This document shows positions 18,561-28,267 of a stretch of DNA of 64,000 nucleotides, in pieces (the first letter of the stretch is position 1; the number at the start of each line of letters is the position of its first letter). The DNA is taken from contig JASGJH010000001.1 in the NCBI GenBank assembly GCA_047601445.1, positions 3,136,001 through 3,200,000 on the forward strand, written 5' to 3'. This DNA comes from Myxococcales bacterium (GTDB lineage: Bacteria > Myxococcota_A > Polyangia > Polyangiales > DASUME01). Under the pieces are notes generated by a model that saw only the letters and a list, made by a program, of their open reading frames with translations, was not told the origin of the DNA and searched no databases. The translations under genes and the position numbers were made by a program.

Positions 18561-20546
18561 ATGACCCCCGAGCTCGAAGCCAAGCTCGACAACCTCCCTG
18601 CCGCGCCCGGCGTTTACCTGTTCAAGGGTAAAGGCGAGAGCGTGCTCTACGTGGGCAAGGCACGCAGCCTCAAGAGCCGCGTGCGCAGCTATTTCCAGGC
18701 TGGCAGCAGCGACACCCGTTTTTTCATCACGCGCCTCAACCGCGAGCTCGTCGACATCGAGACCGTGGTGGTCGGCACCGAGAAGGAAGCGGCGCTGCTC
18801 GAGAACACCCTGATCAAGCAGCACCAGCCTCGCTACAACGTGAAGCTGCGCGACGACAAGGAGTACCTCTCGTTGCGGCTCGACCCCAAGGCCGCCTGGC
18901 CGCGCCTCGAGGTGGTGCGGCGGCCCGCGCGCGATGGCGCTCTCTATTTCGGCCCCTACCACTCGGCCACCGCCGCGCGCCAAACCCTGCGCGTGGTCAA
19001 CCGTCACTTCCAGCTCCGCACCTGCACCGATCACGATTTCGATTCACGGGTGCGCCCCTGCCTGCAGTATCAAATCAAGCGCTGCGCAGGCCCCTGCGTG
19101 TTCGAGGTCGACCGCGCGCGCTACGGCGAACAGGTGCAGGACGTGGCGATGTTCCTGGACGGCCGCCACGACGAGCTGTCTCATCTGCTCGAGCAACGCA
19201 TGAAAGACGCCGCCGCCACGCTCGACTACGAGCGCGCCGCCGAGCACCGCGATCAGCTGCGTGCCATCGAGCGCGTTCGCGAGCAGAACCGGGTCGCGCT
19301 GGTACAGACCAGCGACGAAGACGTGATCGGTCTATTCCGCCAGGCCGATCAGGCCGAGGTGGCCGTGCTGCAGATTCGGGCGGGCAAGCTGACCTCGGTG
19401 CGCACCTTCGGACTCAAGGACGTGAGCGCCCCGGACGACGAGGTGTGCGCCCAGTTCGTGGCCGAGTACTACGCCCCTGGCAGCTTCATCCCGGAGGAGG
19501 TCTGGCTGCCCCTCGAGGTCGAGGCCATGGACGGTCTGGCGGAGATGTTGGCCGAGCTGCGCGGCAAGAGCGTGCGCGTGCTCGCCCCCAAGAAGGGCCC
19601 GCGCGCCGAGCTCGTGCAGATGGCCCGCGACAACGCGAGCCATGCGTTCCGCGAGAAGCTGCGGGCGAGCGAGGACGTGCAGAGCCGGCTCGGCGCCCTC
19701 AAGGAGCGGCTGCGACTGCCCCGCCTGCCCTTGCGCATCGAGTGCGTCGACGTGTCGCACACTGCTGGCACCGACACGGTAGCCTCCATCGTGGCCCTCG
19801 AAGAGGCCCAACCGGATCGCAAGCGCTACCGCAGCTTCCACGTGAAGCGCGTGTCGGGAGGCGACGACTACAGTGCGATGTACGAGGTCCTTTCGCGCAG
19901 ATTCCGGCGTGGGCGCGAACGTGAAGCAGGCTGGGAGTTGCCGGACCTGTTGGTCGTGGACGGCGGTCGCGGACAGCTCAACGTGGCCCAGCAAGCGCTG
20001 AGGGATCTTGGCGTCGAAGATCTCCCGCTCGCTGCCCTGGCCAAGGAAAAGCCCAATGTGCTCGGCGAGAAATTGGTCGACCGCGTCTACCTGCCTGGCC
20101 AGAAGAACCCCATCGAACTGCGCGAAAACCACGCGGCACTCGGCATCCTGGCGCTCGCGCGCGACGAGGCGCACCGCGCCAGCAACGCCTTGCGCACCAA
20201 GCTCGGCAAACGCCGACGCATCAAGAGCAAGCTCGACGAAGTGCCCGGCATCGGCCCCAAGACGCGCGCTCGCCTACTCAAGGCATTCGGCTCGGTGCGC
20301 TCCATCGAAGAAGCCGACGCCGCAGCCCTGCGCGCAGCGGGTGCCACGCATCAACAGGCGGCGGCCATCCTGCGCACGTTCCACGGACCGTTGCTACCGA
20401 GCGAGGCCAACGCGCCGGTGGACCCCGCGTTGGGAGAGCGAGCCGTGGAGCTGCCAAGCGAGGACGAGAGCACGAGCGAGACCGAACGCAGCGCGGAAGA
20501 CGACGCCGTGCAGAACGCGTTCTCGCGCGACGACGACGGCGCCTGA
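18561..20546 (+). CDS. uvrC: excinuclease ABC subunit C
   Basis: GIY-YIG motifs PGVYLF...YVGKARSLKSRVRSYF, plus RIECVDVSH, DLLVVDGGRGQ, RDEAHR and HhH VPGIGPK. Confidence 0.97.
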   Translation: MTPELEAKLDNLPAAPGVYLFKGKGESVLYVGKARSLKSRVRSYFQAGSSDTRFFITRLNRELVDIETVVVGTEKEAALLENTLIKQHQPRYNVKLRDDKEYLSLRLDPKAAWPRLEVVRRPARDGALYFGPYHSATAARQTLRVVNRHFQLRTCTDHDFDSRVRPCLQYQIKRCAGPCVFEVDRARYGEQVQDVAMFLDGRHDELSHLLEQRMKDAAATLDYERAAEHRDQLRAIERVREQNRVALVQTSDEDVIGLFRQADQAEVAVLQIRAGKLTSVRTFGLKDVSAPDDEVCAQFVAEYYAPGSFIPEEVWLPLEVEAMDGLAEMLAELRGKSVRVLAPKKGPRAELVQMARDNASHAFREKLRASEDVQSRLGALKERLRLPRLPLRIECVDVSHTAGTDTVASIVALEEAQPDRKRYRSFHVKRVSGGDDYSAMYEVLSRRFRRGREREAGWELPDLLVVDGGRGQLNVAQQALRDLGVEDLPLAALAKEKPNVLGEKLVDRVYLPGQKNPIELRENHAALGILALARDEAHRASNALRTKLGKRRRIKSKLDEVPGIGPKTRARLLKAFGSVRSIEEADAAALRAAGATHQQAAAILRTFHGPLLPSEANAPVDPALGERAVELPSEDESTSETERSAEDDAVQNAFSRDDDGA

Positions 20547-20599
20547 TTTTCGTTTCGCGCTGAAATTGGCGGGCGTACAATCGCACTCGAGCCCTTCGA

Positions 20600-22216
20600 T
20601 TGGCATCGCGAAGCGTCAGCGTCGTATCGTTGCTGTTCTTCGGACTCGCCTGCGCACTGCAGGCCGGCGTGCTCTCGTCGCGCACGCGAGCACAACGTGA
20701 GGACGCCACGCAGTCTCCAATCGGAGGCATCGCTGCCAACGGTTTGTGCGGCACGGTGTACGCCGAGTTCCCGCGCTGTCCGGCCTACCTGGCGAGCGCC
20801 GCCGCCAGCGCCGGCTACGGCTTCACCGAATCACTCGGACCGACCGCAGGCTCCCATCGACGGATCGCCGGTAGCGTCGCTGTCGCCTTGATCCCGCTCG
20901 ATTGGCTGGGCCTGTCTCTGCGCCTCGACGGCCGCTACGACCGCCACCCACCCGATGCGGATGGCCCCGACAGCACGATGGTGGGAGACCCGCGCGTGCA
21001 GCTGCGCGTGGGCCGCGCGCTCTCGAGAGCCAAGCTCGCAGGCGGTGCGTCTCGAGATGTGTGGTCGCTCGGAGCGAGCAGCGTGCTGTGGATCCCCGGT
21101 ACCCGAGCTCCTTCGCTCGATCTCGCTGCCACCAGCTTGGACCTGAAGGTCTTGGCCTCCTACCGCCCACCCGCGACGCGCTGGGCGCTGATCGCCAACC
21201 TGGGCTATCGCATCGACCACAGCAGCGCGAGTGCCCCGCATGATCTGCGGCGCCTGCGCGATGGCGATCGGGTGTCTCTCAATCTGAGCGACTCGGACGC
21301 ACTGTTGATGGCCCTGGCGGGAACCTGGCGCGGGGGGCAACGGCTCGAAGGTTTCTTGGAAGCCTCCGCCGACGTCTTGCTGGGTCCGCGCGCTCCGGAC
21401 GTTCGTAAGTCGCCGCTGCGCGTGAGCCTGGGAGCTCGCTACCATGTCTCGGCCAGCCTCCAGCTCGAGTCCTCCCTGAGCGTGAGCTTGAGCCAACGCC
21501 CGAGCCTGGCCGCGAGCGCCCCCCTGGCCCCCATCGATCCGCGTGCCTATCTGAGCTTGGGTCTTCGCTACGGCCACGCGGCTCACCCCGTTGCAGGCAG
21601 CCCGAGGTCCAACCACTCACCCGCGCCGCCCCCCCAGGCCGAGGCCCCCGCGCCGGTCGCGTCCCTGCAAGCACAGCTCGCCCCGCCGCCCTCCCCTCAA
21701 GTATCCCTGGAGACCACATTGTCAGGTGTGGTCCTCGATGCCGACGCGGCCCCGTTGCCCGAGGCGCGCGTGGTGCTCAAGGTCGATGGGTCCACGCGGG
21801 AGTTCATCAGCGACGGCCAGGGCCGCTATGCCTTCCCTCGAACGCCGTTCGGTTCCGTCGAGCTGCAGATCTCGGCGGCCGGCTTCGTGACGCAGGACCT
21901 GAAGGTCGCGCTGGGTCCCGAGACGGCGCCGCTCGAGGTTCACATGATCGAGGCCGTGAGTCAGACCGGGCTGCTCCGTTGTGTGACGCGCACGTTCGGG
22001 AGCGATGCCCTGCGCGCCAGTATCTCGGTGCGCTCAGCGGACGGGAGCGAGGTCGCCAAAGGTGAGTCCGACGAGCAGGGGCTGTACGAGATCCAGCTCC
22101 CACCTGGGTCCTATCAAGTTATCATCACCGCAGCAGGCTACCGCCCGCATCGTCGCACCGTCAGCGTTTCGACCAACGGCGTCGCGATCTTGAACTTGGA
22201 CATGCGCGAACTGTAA
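20600..22216 (+). CDS. exported protein: probable outer-membrane beta-strand-rich domain plus two carboxypeptidase-regulatory-like (SdrD-B-like) domains
   Basis: N-terminal signal-like stretch, alternating beta-strand patterns ending LSLGLRYG, a Pro-rich linker, then GVVLDADAAPLPEARV...SDGQGRY and SDEQGLYEIQLPPGSYQVIITAAGY. Confidence 0.65.
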   Translation: MASRSVSVVSLLFFGLACALQAGVLSSRTRAQREDATQSPIGGIAANGLCGTVYAEFPRCPAYLASAAASAGYGFTESLGPTAGSHRRIAGSVAVALIPLDWLGLSLRLDGRYDRHPPDADGPDSTMVGDPRVQLRVGRALSRAKLAGGASRDVWSLGASSVLWIPGTRAPSLDLAATSLDLKVLASYRPPATRWALIANLGYRIDHSSASAPHDLRRLRDGDRVSLNLSDSDALLMALAGTWRGGQRLEGFLEASADVLLGPRAPDVRKSPLRVSLGARYHVSASLQLESSLSVSLSQRPSLAASAPLAPIDPRAYLSLGLRYGHAAHPVAGSPRSNHSPAPPPQAEAPAPVASLQAQLAPPPSPQVSLETTLSGVVLDADAAPLPEARVVLKVDGSTREFISDGQGRYAFPRTPFGSVELQISAAGFVTQDLKVALGPETAPLEVHMIEAVSQTGLLRCVTRTFGSDALRASISVRSADGSEVAKGESDEQGLYEIQLPPGSYQVIITAAGYRPHRRTVSVSTNGVAILNLDMREL

Positions 22217-22235
22217 AAGCAAAGCGCCCGAAAGC

Positions 22236-24149
22236 TTGGGTTACGTGGTGTTACGTTCGAACTTCGCTCTTGTGATCTTGCTCGTAGTGCTGGGATGGGC
22301 CGTGAGCTTCAGCGGCTGCGGCAGCTGTCACGACGAACCGCCTGCCGTGGCCACGCTGATCGAGGCCAAGGGTCCCGGCGTGGAGCGCGACTTCGCCGCC
22401 CAGATCCATGACTGGCAGATCGCCCAGGTGGGCGCGCACTTTGGGCTCGGAGACGGGGTACGCACCGGGAACCAGGCCGCCGCTCGCCTCACCCTGATGG
22501 ACCAGACCCAGCTGCAGCTCGCGCAGAACACCACCCTGCGCTTCATGGTCGATCAGGCCCAAGCGGGAGAGCAGGCCATCAACGTCGAAGCGGGCGCCGT
22601 GTCCATGCGCGTCGGCCAAAAGGACCTGATGCTGCGCACGCAGATCGGCCTGGCCAAGCTGGTCGCGGGCACCGAGATCACGCTGCGCAGGTCCGGCGAC
22701 GAACTGGACTACGACGTCGCGCTCGGTGAGGCCCAGTTCCGAACCGCCAGCGGAGAGTACAAGGTGCTCAAAGCGGGCGAGAGCCTGGAGGTCGGCATCG
22801 GAATGGCCGTGTTCTCCAAGGCCGAACCGCCGACCGATCCTGTGGTGGAGCCGATCGATCCTGGGGCCATCGTGGCCACGGTGAAGGGCAAGGGCGCACG
22901 CTCGCGCCAAGCCGGAGGCACCTGGACGCCGCTCGCGGCGGGTCAACATGAGCTGGCCCCCGGCACCGAGCTGCGCCTGGGGCGCGGTGACCGCGCCGAC
23001 GTGAGCCGGGGCGATCAGCGCGCCAACCTGCGCGGTTCGGGCGAGTTCGTGGTCGGCTCGGGCGCCGCCCTGGTGGAAGCTCGCACCGGCGACCTCACCC
23101 TGGTTGCAGACCAACAAGATCTGCAGGTGCTCGTGCCCGGAGGCTCCATCGTGGTGCGCGGCGGCAAGGGTGGCAGCGAGGCCGTGGTGAGCATCGGAGA
23201 GGACGATGCGAACATCGCCCTCAAAAAAGGCGCCGCCTCCGTCGACATTCTGGGCATGCAGCGCGAGCTCGAAGCGGGCGAGCAGCACAAGTGGGAGAAC
23301 CCCAACGCCGAGGGCGCCGAGAAGCCCATCGTCGCCGAGGCCACCTACTTCAACCTGGGAACGCGCGCGGGTGAGTCGTTCGTGCTGCACGCACCCGAGG
23401 TCCCCGCAGCGGTGCACTTCGATTTCGGCGGGCGTTGCCCCGGCGAAGGCGTGATCGAACTCACAGGACCACGAACCCGGACGCGCGGTAAGGGCGCCGC
23501 CAACGTGGTGATCCCAGCCATCGCGACCCCATACACCTTGCGCTGCTTCGACGAGAGCGGTGGTCTCGGCAAGGTCGTCGCGCGCGGCACCGTGCAGGTG
23601 CTCAACGACGCGGGCACACGACGCTTACCAGCCAAGGCCCCGACGTCCTTCGTTGAGGCAGACGGGCGCACGTACACCATCTACTACCAGAACCAACTGC
23701 CGGAGATCAGCGTGCGTTGGCCGAACGCCCCGGCGGGGAGCGCCTTCGATCTCATCGTCGATGGACAGCCCACGCGGGTCGCCCGCGCCGAGCACTTGTT
23801 CACCTCCGGAAGCCTCAAGGATGGATCACACCAGCTGAGCTTTCAGGCCGGCGACAGACGTTCGCGCACGACCACGGTGGAAGTGCGTTTCGACAATGCG
23901 GCGCCAAAAGCGAGCCTGACCAGCCCGATAGATCGGGGCTTTAAGCCAGGAGATACGGTTACAATCGAGGGCGTGGCACTCGAGACCTGGAAAGTCAGCG
24001 TCGAAGGCGGACGCGTCAGCGTGGACGCCGATGATCGCTTCGTCGGTCAGGTAGCGAGTGCCGCGGACCGACCCGACATCGCGGTGCGACTCGCGCACCC
24101 ACGCTTGGGCGTTCACTACTATCTGAGGCGTGCCGCTGGATCCCCATGA
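22236..24149 (+). CDS. FecR-domain-containing exported or lipo-protein
   Basis: Hydrophobic N-terminus ending SGC. FecR-like GDGVRTGNQAAARLTLMDQTQLQLAQNT, a second FecR-like beta region, and Ig-like C-terminus. Confidence 0.65.
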   Translation: MGYVVLRSNFALVILLVVLGWAVSFSGCGSCHDEPPAVATLIEAKGPGVERDFAAQIHDWQIAQVGAHFGLGDGVRTGNQAAARLTLMDQTQLQLAQNTTLRFMVDQAQAGEQAINVEAGAVSMRVGQKDLMLRTQIGLAKLVAGTEITLRRSGDELDYDVALGEAQFRTASGEYKVLKAGESLEVGIGMAVFSKAEPPTDPVVEPIDPGAIVATVKGKGARSRQAGGTWTPLAAGQHELAPGTELRLGRGDRADVSRGDQRANLRGSGEFVVGSGAALVEARTGDLTLVADQQDLQVLVPGGSIVVRGGKGGSEAVVSIGEDDANIALKKGAASVDILGMQRELEAGEQHKWENPNAEGAEKPIVAEATYFNLGTRAGESFVLHAPEVPAAVHFDFGGRCPGEGVIELTGPRTRTRGKGAANVVIPAIATPYTLRCFDESGGLGKVVARGTVQVLNDAGTRRLPAKAPTSFVEADGRTYTIYYQNQLPEISVRWPNAPAGSAFDLIVDGQPTRVARAEHLFTSGSLKDGSHQLSFQAGDRRSRTTTVEVRFDNAAPKASLTSPIDRGFKPGDTVTIEGVALETWKVSVEGGRVSVDADDRFVGQVASAADRPDIAVRLAHPRLGVHYYLRRAAGSP

Positions 24150-26071
24150 GAACTGAGCCGTTGAGTTCGACCGAGAACCTCGTCGGGAGCGTATTGCTCG
24201 GTCGCTACCGCATTGTGCGCGAGCTTGCCAAGGGCGGCATGGGCGTGGTGTACCTCGCACGCGCGGAAGGTGCGGTCGGGTTCGTCAAGCCCGTGGTCGT
24301 GAAGCTGGTGTTGCCCGAGCATGCGAGCGACGAGCGCTATCTCGGCATGTTCGTGCGCGAGGCCCAGATTCTCTCCGGCTTGCGCCACCCGAGCATCGTG
24401 GACGTGATCGAGTTCGGCGAAGAGGCCGGCGGCTACGTCATGGTGCTCGAGTACGTCCGCGGTTACCACCTCGGGCAGTGGAGCAAGTACCTGCGCAAGA
24501 AGGGACGCGAGATCCCCACTGAGATCTTGCTCCTGCTGATGATCGACGTGCTCGAGGCGCTGCACAAGGCGCACAGCATGGTGCATCCGGACGGAACGCC
24601 GATGCACATCGTGCACCGCGACGTGTCTCCCTCGAACATCCTGCTCGACGACGACGGCCGCGCGCGCTTGCTCGACTTCGGCGTGGCCCGCATGCGCGGC
24701 GGCGGCGTGGACTATCAGACCCAGGTACGCAGCTTCGTCGGCAAGATCACCTACTCCGCGCCCGAGATGTTCGCGGGCGTCGAAGCGACGCCGCAGAGCG
24801 ACATCTACTCGTGCGGCGTGGTGCTGCACGAGATGATCTTCGGGCGCAACGTGTTCAGCGGGAAGAACCAGGCCGCTACCTTGAACCTGGTGCTCAACCA
24901 CACGCCCGAGGCGGTGGAGGACCTGCGCCCGGGTATCCCCGCGGGGCTCGACGCCATCCTGCGCAAGGCGATGGCCAAGAACCCCGAAGACCGCTTCGAG
25001 AGCGCGCGCGACTTCGCGCTGGCGCTGCGCGGACTGCAGCGTGAGTACGAGAGCGAGCTGCGTGCCCACTTCGCCGGCTTGCTCAAGAACGACTTCGGCG
25101 AAGAGATGGCGCGCCTGCTCGGCATCGAATCGCTGAGTGCACGCGACGACGCCTGGCGGCGGCTGAGCCTGCCTCCGGCACCCACGGACAACGATCAGCG
25201 CACGATGGCGGTCGACTTCGAGGAAGCCCTGGGACAGGAGGTCCCGTCGGCGGCCTCGGTGCCGGGCCTCGGTCGTCCGCGCCAACTGACGGGCCGCAAC
25301 TCCGCCGTGGCGCTCACGCCAAGCCCCAGTACGGAGCACACGGTGCGACGCCCGACCGGACGCACTGGATCGCATCCGATTCCGACCGGACGTACGGGCG
25401 CGCATCAAGCGGTCAACATGGGACGCAGCGGCGGCTACGCGGTGCCGCCCGTCATGCCCGAGCCGCCACCCATGAATCGCGTGTCCACGGAGACCAACCT
25501 GCAAGCAGCGCCCGCGCCGGCTTCGGGCTCGAGTAAGTGGCTGTTCTTGGCGCTCGGTGTGGTCGGTTCGCTGGCGGTGGTGGCCATCGCGCTGTCCCTC
25601 ACGCGCAGTCAGACGCCCGCGCCCAGCATGCCGCCCATCCGCGTGGTCGCCGAATCCACACCCGCACAAGCGCCGGTGGTGCAAGCGCAGCCGCAGGAAG
25701 AGACCACGACCGGGCGCACCGAGGCGCCGACGCAGCCCGAAGAGACTACGCGCAAGCCGAGGAAGCCCGCGGCGGCGACCGAGCCGGACCCGGCCGGACT
25801 CACCAAGGCGTTTCGCAAGCAGCAGGGCAAGATCGAGGAGTGCTTCAAGACGCACACCGCGGGGGTCCAGGGCATGCCGCGCATGCAGCTCGGGTTCGAT
25901 CTCGACGCGAGCGGCAAGATCCTCAGGGTGAACGCGGAGCCTGCCGGCATCGCCAGCACTCCGCTCGGCAAGTGCTTGCAGGACGTGGGCAAGGCGACGC
26001 GCTTCCCGGGACAAGGGCAGCCCGTGTCGTTCGCCATCCCCATCACCGCGAGCCGCGGCGCAGGCGGTTGA
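24146..26071 (+). CDS. Ser/Thr protein kinase with TM helix and C-terminal AgmX/TonB-C-like domain
   Basis: Motifs LAKGGMGVVY, VVVK, HRDVSPSNIL, DFG, APE, SDIYSCG; TM WLFLALGVVGSLAVVAIAL; C-terminal IEECFK...GFDLDASGKI...KCLQDV...RFP. ATGA overlap with the upstream gene. Confidence 0.9.
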   Translation: MRTEPLSSTENLVGSVLLGRYRIVRELAKGGMGVVYLARAEGAVGFVKPVVVKLVLPEHASDERYLGMFVREAQILSGLRHPSIVDVIEFGEEAGGYVMVLEYVRGYHLGQWSKYLRKKGREIPTEILLLLMIDVLEALHKAHSMVHPDGTPMHIVHRDVSPSNILLDDDGRARLLDFGVARMRGGGVDYQTQVRSFVGKITYSAPEMFAGVEATPQSDIYSCGVVLHEMIFGRNVFSGKNQAATLNLVLNHTPEAVEDLRPGIPAGLDAILRKAMAKNPEDRFESARDFALALRGLQREYESELRAHFAGLLKNDFGEEMARLLGIESLSARDDAWRRLSLPPAPTDNDQRTMAVDFEEALGQEVPSAASVPGLGRPRQLTGRNSAVALTPSPSTEHTVRRPTGRTGSHPIPTGRTGAHQAVNMGRSGGYAVPPVMPEPPPMNRVSTETNLQAAPAPASGSSKWLFLALGVVGSLAVVAIALSLTRSQTPAPSMPPIRVVAESTPAQAPVVQAQPQEETTTGRTEAPTQPEETTRKPRKPAAATEPDPAGLTKAFRKQQGKIEECFKTHTAGVQGMPRMQLGFDLDASGKILRVNAEPAGIASTPLGKCLQDVGKATRFPGQGQPVSFAIPITASRGAGG

Positions 26072-26108
26072 ACGACGCGCGATCACCTGCGTGATCGCGC
26101 GTCGGCTT

Positions 26109-27554
26109 TCAGCGCAAGCCGTACTTGGCCAGGCGTCGCAGCATCTGATAGCGCGACATGCCGACGGTGCGCGCGGCGCGCGAGACGTTGCCGCCCGACT
26201 GCTCCAGCGCTTCCACCAACTTGAGGCGCTCCTGATCCGCGTGACGCTCGCGGATCACACCGAGCGAGGGCGGCGGAGCGTTGCCAGCCAGTCGAAGCTG
26301 GTTGCCGAACTGGGCGACCCCTGTCGACACGAGGCCACTACGCGGAGCGTTCGATCCGTAGCCGGAACGCCCCTGGGTCTCCGCGCGATAGCGCATCAAC
26401 ACCGGGAAGTCGTCGAGGTTGAGCGTGTCGTCCTCACGATGAAGCCAGAGCGCCTCATCGATCATCGCACACAGCTCACGCAGGTTGCCCGGGAACGGAT
26501 AGGTCGAGAGTGCCTCGCGCACCTCGGCGGACAGAATCGGCCGGTTGCGCCCGTGCGCTCGCGCGCGCTGGGTCGCGTACCGATCGGCCAGCAAGAACAC
26601 GTCCTCACCGCGATCCTTGAGCGGAGGAACCTCGAGCATCATTCCCTCGAGGCGCTGGCGAAGGTCCGCACGGAAGCGTCCCTCCTCCACGGCCTGCGCG
26701 AGATCTCGCGAGGTCGCCGCCACCACACGCGCGGTGAACTTGCGCGACGTGGTGCCGCCGGCGCGCACGTACTCGCCTTCCTCGAGCAGACGCAGGAGCT
26801 TCTGCTGCAAGGACGCGTCGAGCTCGGTGACCTCGTCGAGGAAGAGCGTGCCCCCCTGCACGGCTTCCACGCGACCCGGACGCGCGGCGGCGCCCGGGTT
26901 GCTCGCGCTCGGCTCCTGGCCGAACAGCTCGACGTCGAGCTGCGACGGCGCGACGCTCACACAGTCCACACCGACGAAGGGCTCGCTGGAGCGCTTCGAG
27001 CGGAAGTGCACTGCCCGCGCCAGGACACCCTTGCCAACGCCGCTTTCTCCCGTGATGAGGAGTGCGGTGTCGTCGGCGCCGGCCAAGCCGTCGAGGCGTG
27101 ACCTGAGGCGTTCCATGGCGGGACTATCGCCGAGCAGCGTGAATTCGATTTTCGGTGACCACTCCGCTTGCGCTTCCGCCACCAGGCGACGCAAGAGGGC
27201 GTGTTCGATGGCGCGCTCCACGCGCAAGAACAGCGCGCGTGGCTCGGCACCACGGTCCACGGAATCGAATGCTCCCTGATTCAGGGACTGCTCGTGCGAA
27301 CCGGCATTTTCGCCGATCAGCACGAACACGCTCTGACCGAGCTGCGACCGCAGCTCGTCCATCAACGCTAGCCCCGAGCCGTCTGGAAGGCGCTCACTCA
27401 GCACAATTACGTCGGGTGAGAAGGAACTCACGCGCGTCCTTGCACTTGCGGCGTCACTTACTGTGACCACTTCGTGCCCCCCGCTGCTCGCTTCGCGCGC
27501 AAGCAAGGTGGCAGCCCCGACATCACTGTCGATGATGAGTACTCTGGCGGACAT
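26109..27554 (-). CDS. NtrC-family AAA+ transcriptional regulator (degenerate receiver, no GAFTGA, Fis HTH)
   Basis: Motifs ITGESGVGKG, GGTLFLDEV, FPGNLREL, GGNVSRAARTVGMSRYQMLRRL. Confidence 0.88.
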   Translation of the reverse strand: MSARVLIIDSDVGAATLLAREASSGGHEVVTVSDAASARTRVSSFSPDVIVLSERLPDGSGLALMDELRSQLGQSVFVLIGENAGSHEQSLNQGAFDSVDRGAEPRALFLRVERAIEHALLRRLVAEAQAEWSPKIEFTLLGDSPAMERLRSRLDGLAGADDTALLITGESGVGKGVLARAVHFRSKRSSEPFVGVDCVSVAPSQLDVELFGQEPSASNPGAAARPGRVEAVQGGTLFLDEVTELDASLQQKLLRLLEEGEYVRAGGTTSRKFTARVVAATSRDLAQAVEEGRFRADLRQRLEGMMLEVPPLKDRGEDVFLLADRYATQRARAHGRNRPILSAEVREALSTYPFPGNLRELCAMIDEALWLHREDDTLNLDDFPVLMRYRAETQGRSGYGSNAPRSGLVSTGVAQFGNQLRLAGNAPPPSLGVIRERHADQERLKLVEALEQSGGNVSRAARTVGMSRYQMLRRLAKYGLR

Positions 27555-27611
27555 AACGACGCTCGAGCGCAACTACCTTCCGCCTCCCCCAACGTGCGGA
27601 ACCGCGCTCGC

Positions 27612-28229
27612 CTATCGCTCACACACTAGCATGCGTCGCTCAGTCGCCAGGTGATCGACGGGCACATCGTGCGTTGTCGCAGGGACTTCCGCGAGCAACT
27701 GAAGCTCAAAACAGAGGCCGACACGTACCGCATTCGGCAGCCCTGGCAGGAAGCGATCGTAATAGCCCTGCCCAAATCCGAGACGTTGTCCCCACGTGTC
27801 GAAGGCAAGCCCTGGAACGAGCACCAAGTCCACACTCGTAAGCTCGATTGCCTGCGCGGTTTCACGCGGCTCTTTCACCATGAAATGCGTTTCCACGAGC
27901 TCGTCGCCAGGTTCGTAGCGCGCGAGCTCCAACGTTCCCGTGTTGGCGACGAAGCGCGGCAATCCGACAATCTTTCCGAGCGCACAAGCCCGCTCCACGA
28001 GCGCACGCGGATCGATCTCGAAGCGCAGCGCGGAGTACGCCGCTACCACCTTGGCGCGCTTAAAATTTCCGCTTTCGATCAGCTGCTCGCACATCGCGAG
28101 CGAGAAGCGCTGTCGAGTCTCGGCCACGAGGGTTCGACGCAGTGCGGCGACGCGTCGACGAAGCTCTTCCTTCGCCGCGACTCGGAGGGCTTCGATCTGT
28201 TCGGGGGAGTAACCAGGTATTTCGGTCAT
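27612..28229 (-). CDS. ygfA: 5-formyltetrahydrofolate cyclo-ligase
   Basis: Motifs KEELRR, DLVLVPGLAFD, RLGFGQGYYDRFL, HDVPVD. Confidence 0.93.
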   Translation of the reverse strand: MTEIPGYSPEQIEALRVAAKEELRRRVAALRRTLVAETRQRFSLAMCEQLIESGNFKRAKVVAAYSALRFEIDPRALVERACALGKIVGLPRFVANTGTLELARYEPGDELVETHFMVKEPRETAQAIELTSVDLVLVPGLAFDTWGQRLGFGQGYYDRFLPGLPNAVRVGLCFELQLLAEVPATTHDVPVDHLATERRMLVCER

Positions 28230-28267
28230 GGGCGCAGTCGCTCGAGTGTGTGCAGCGCTCGCTCAGG

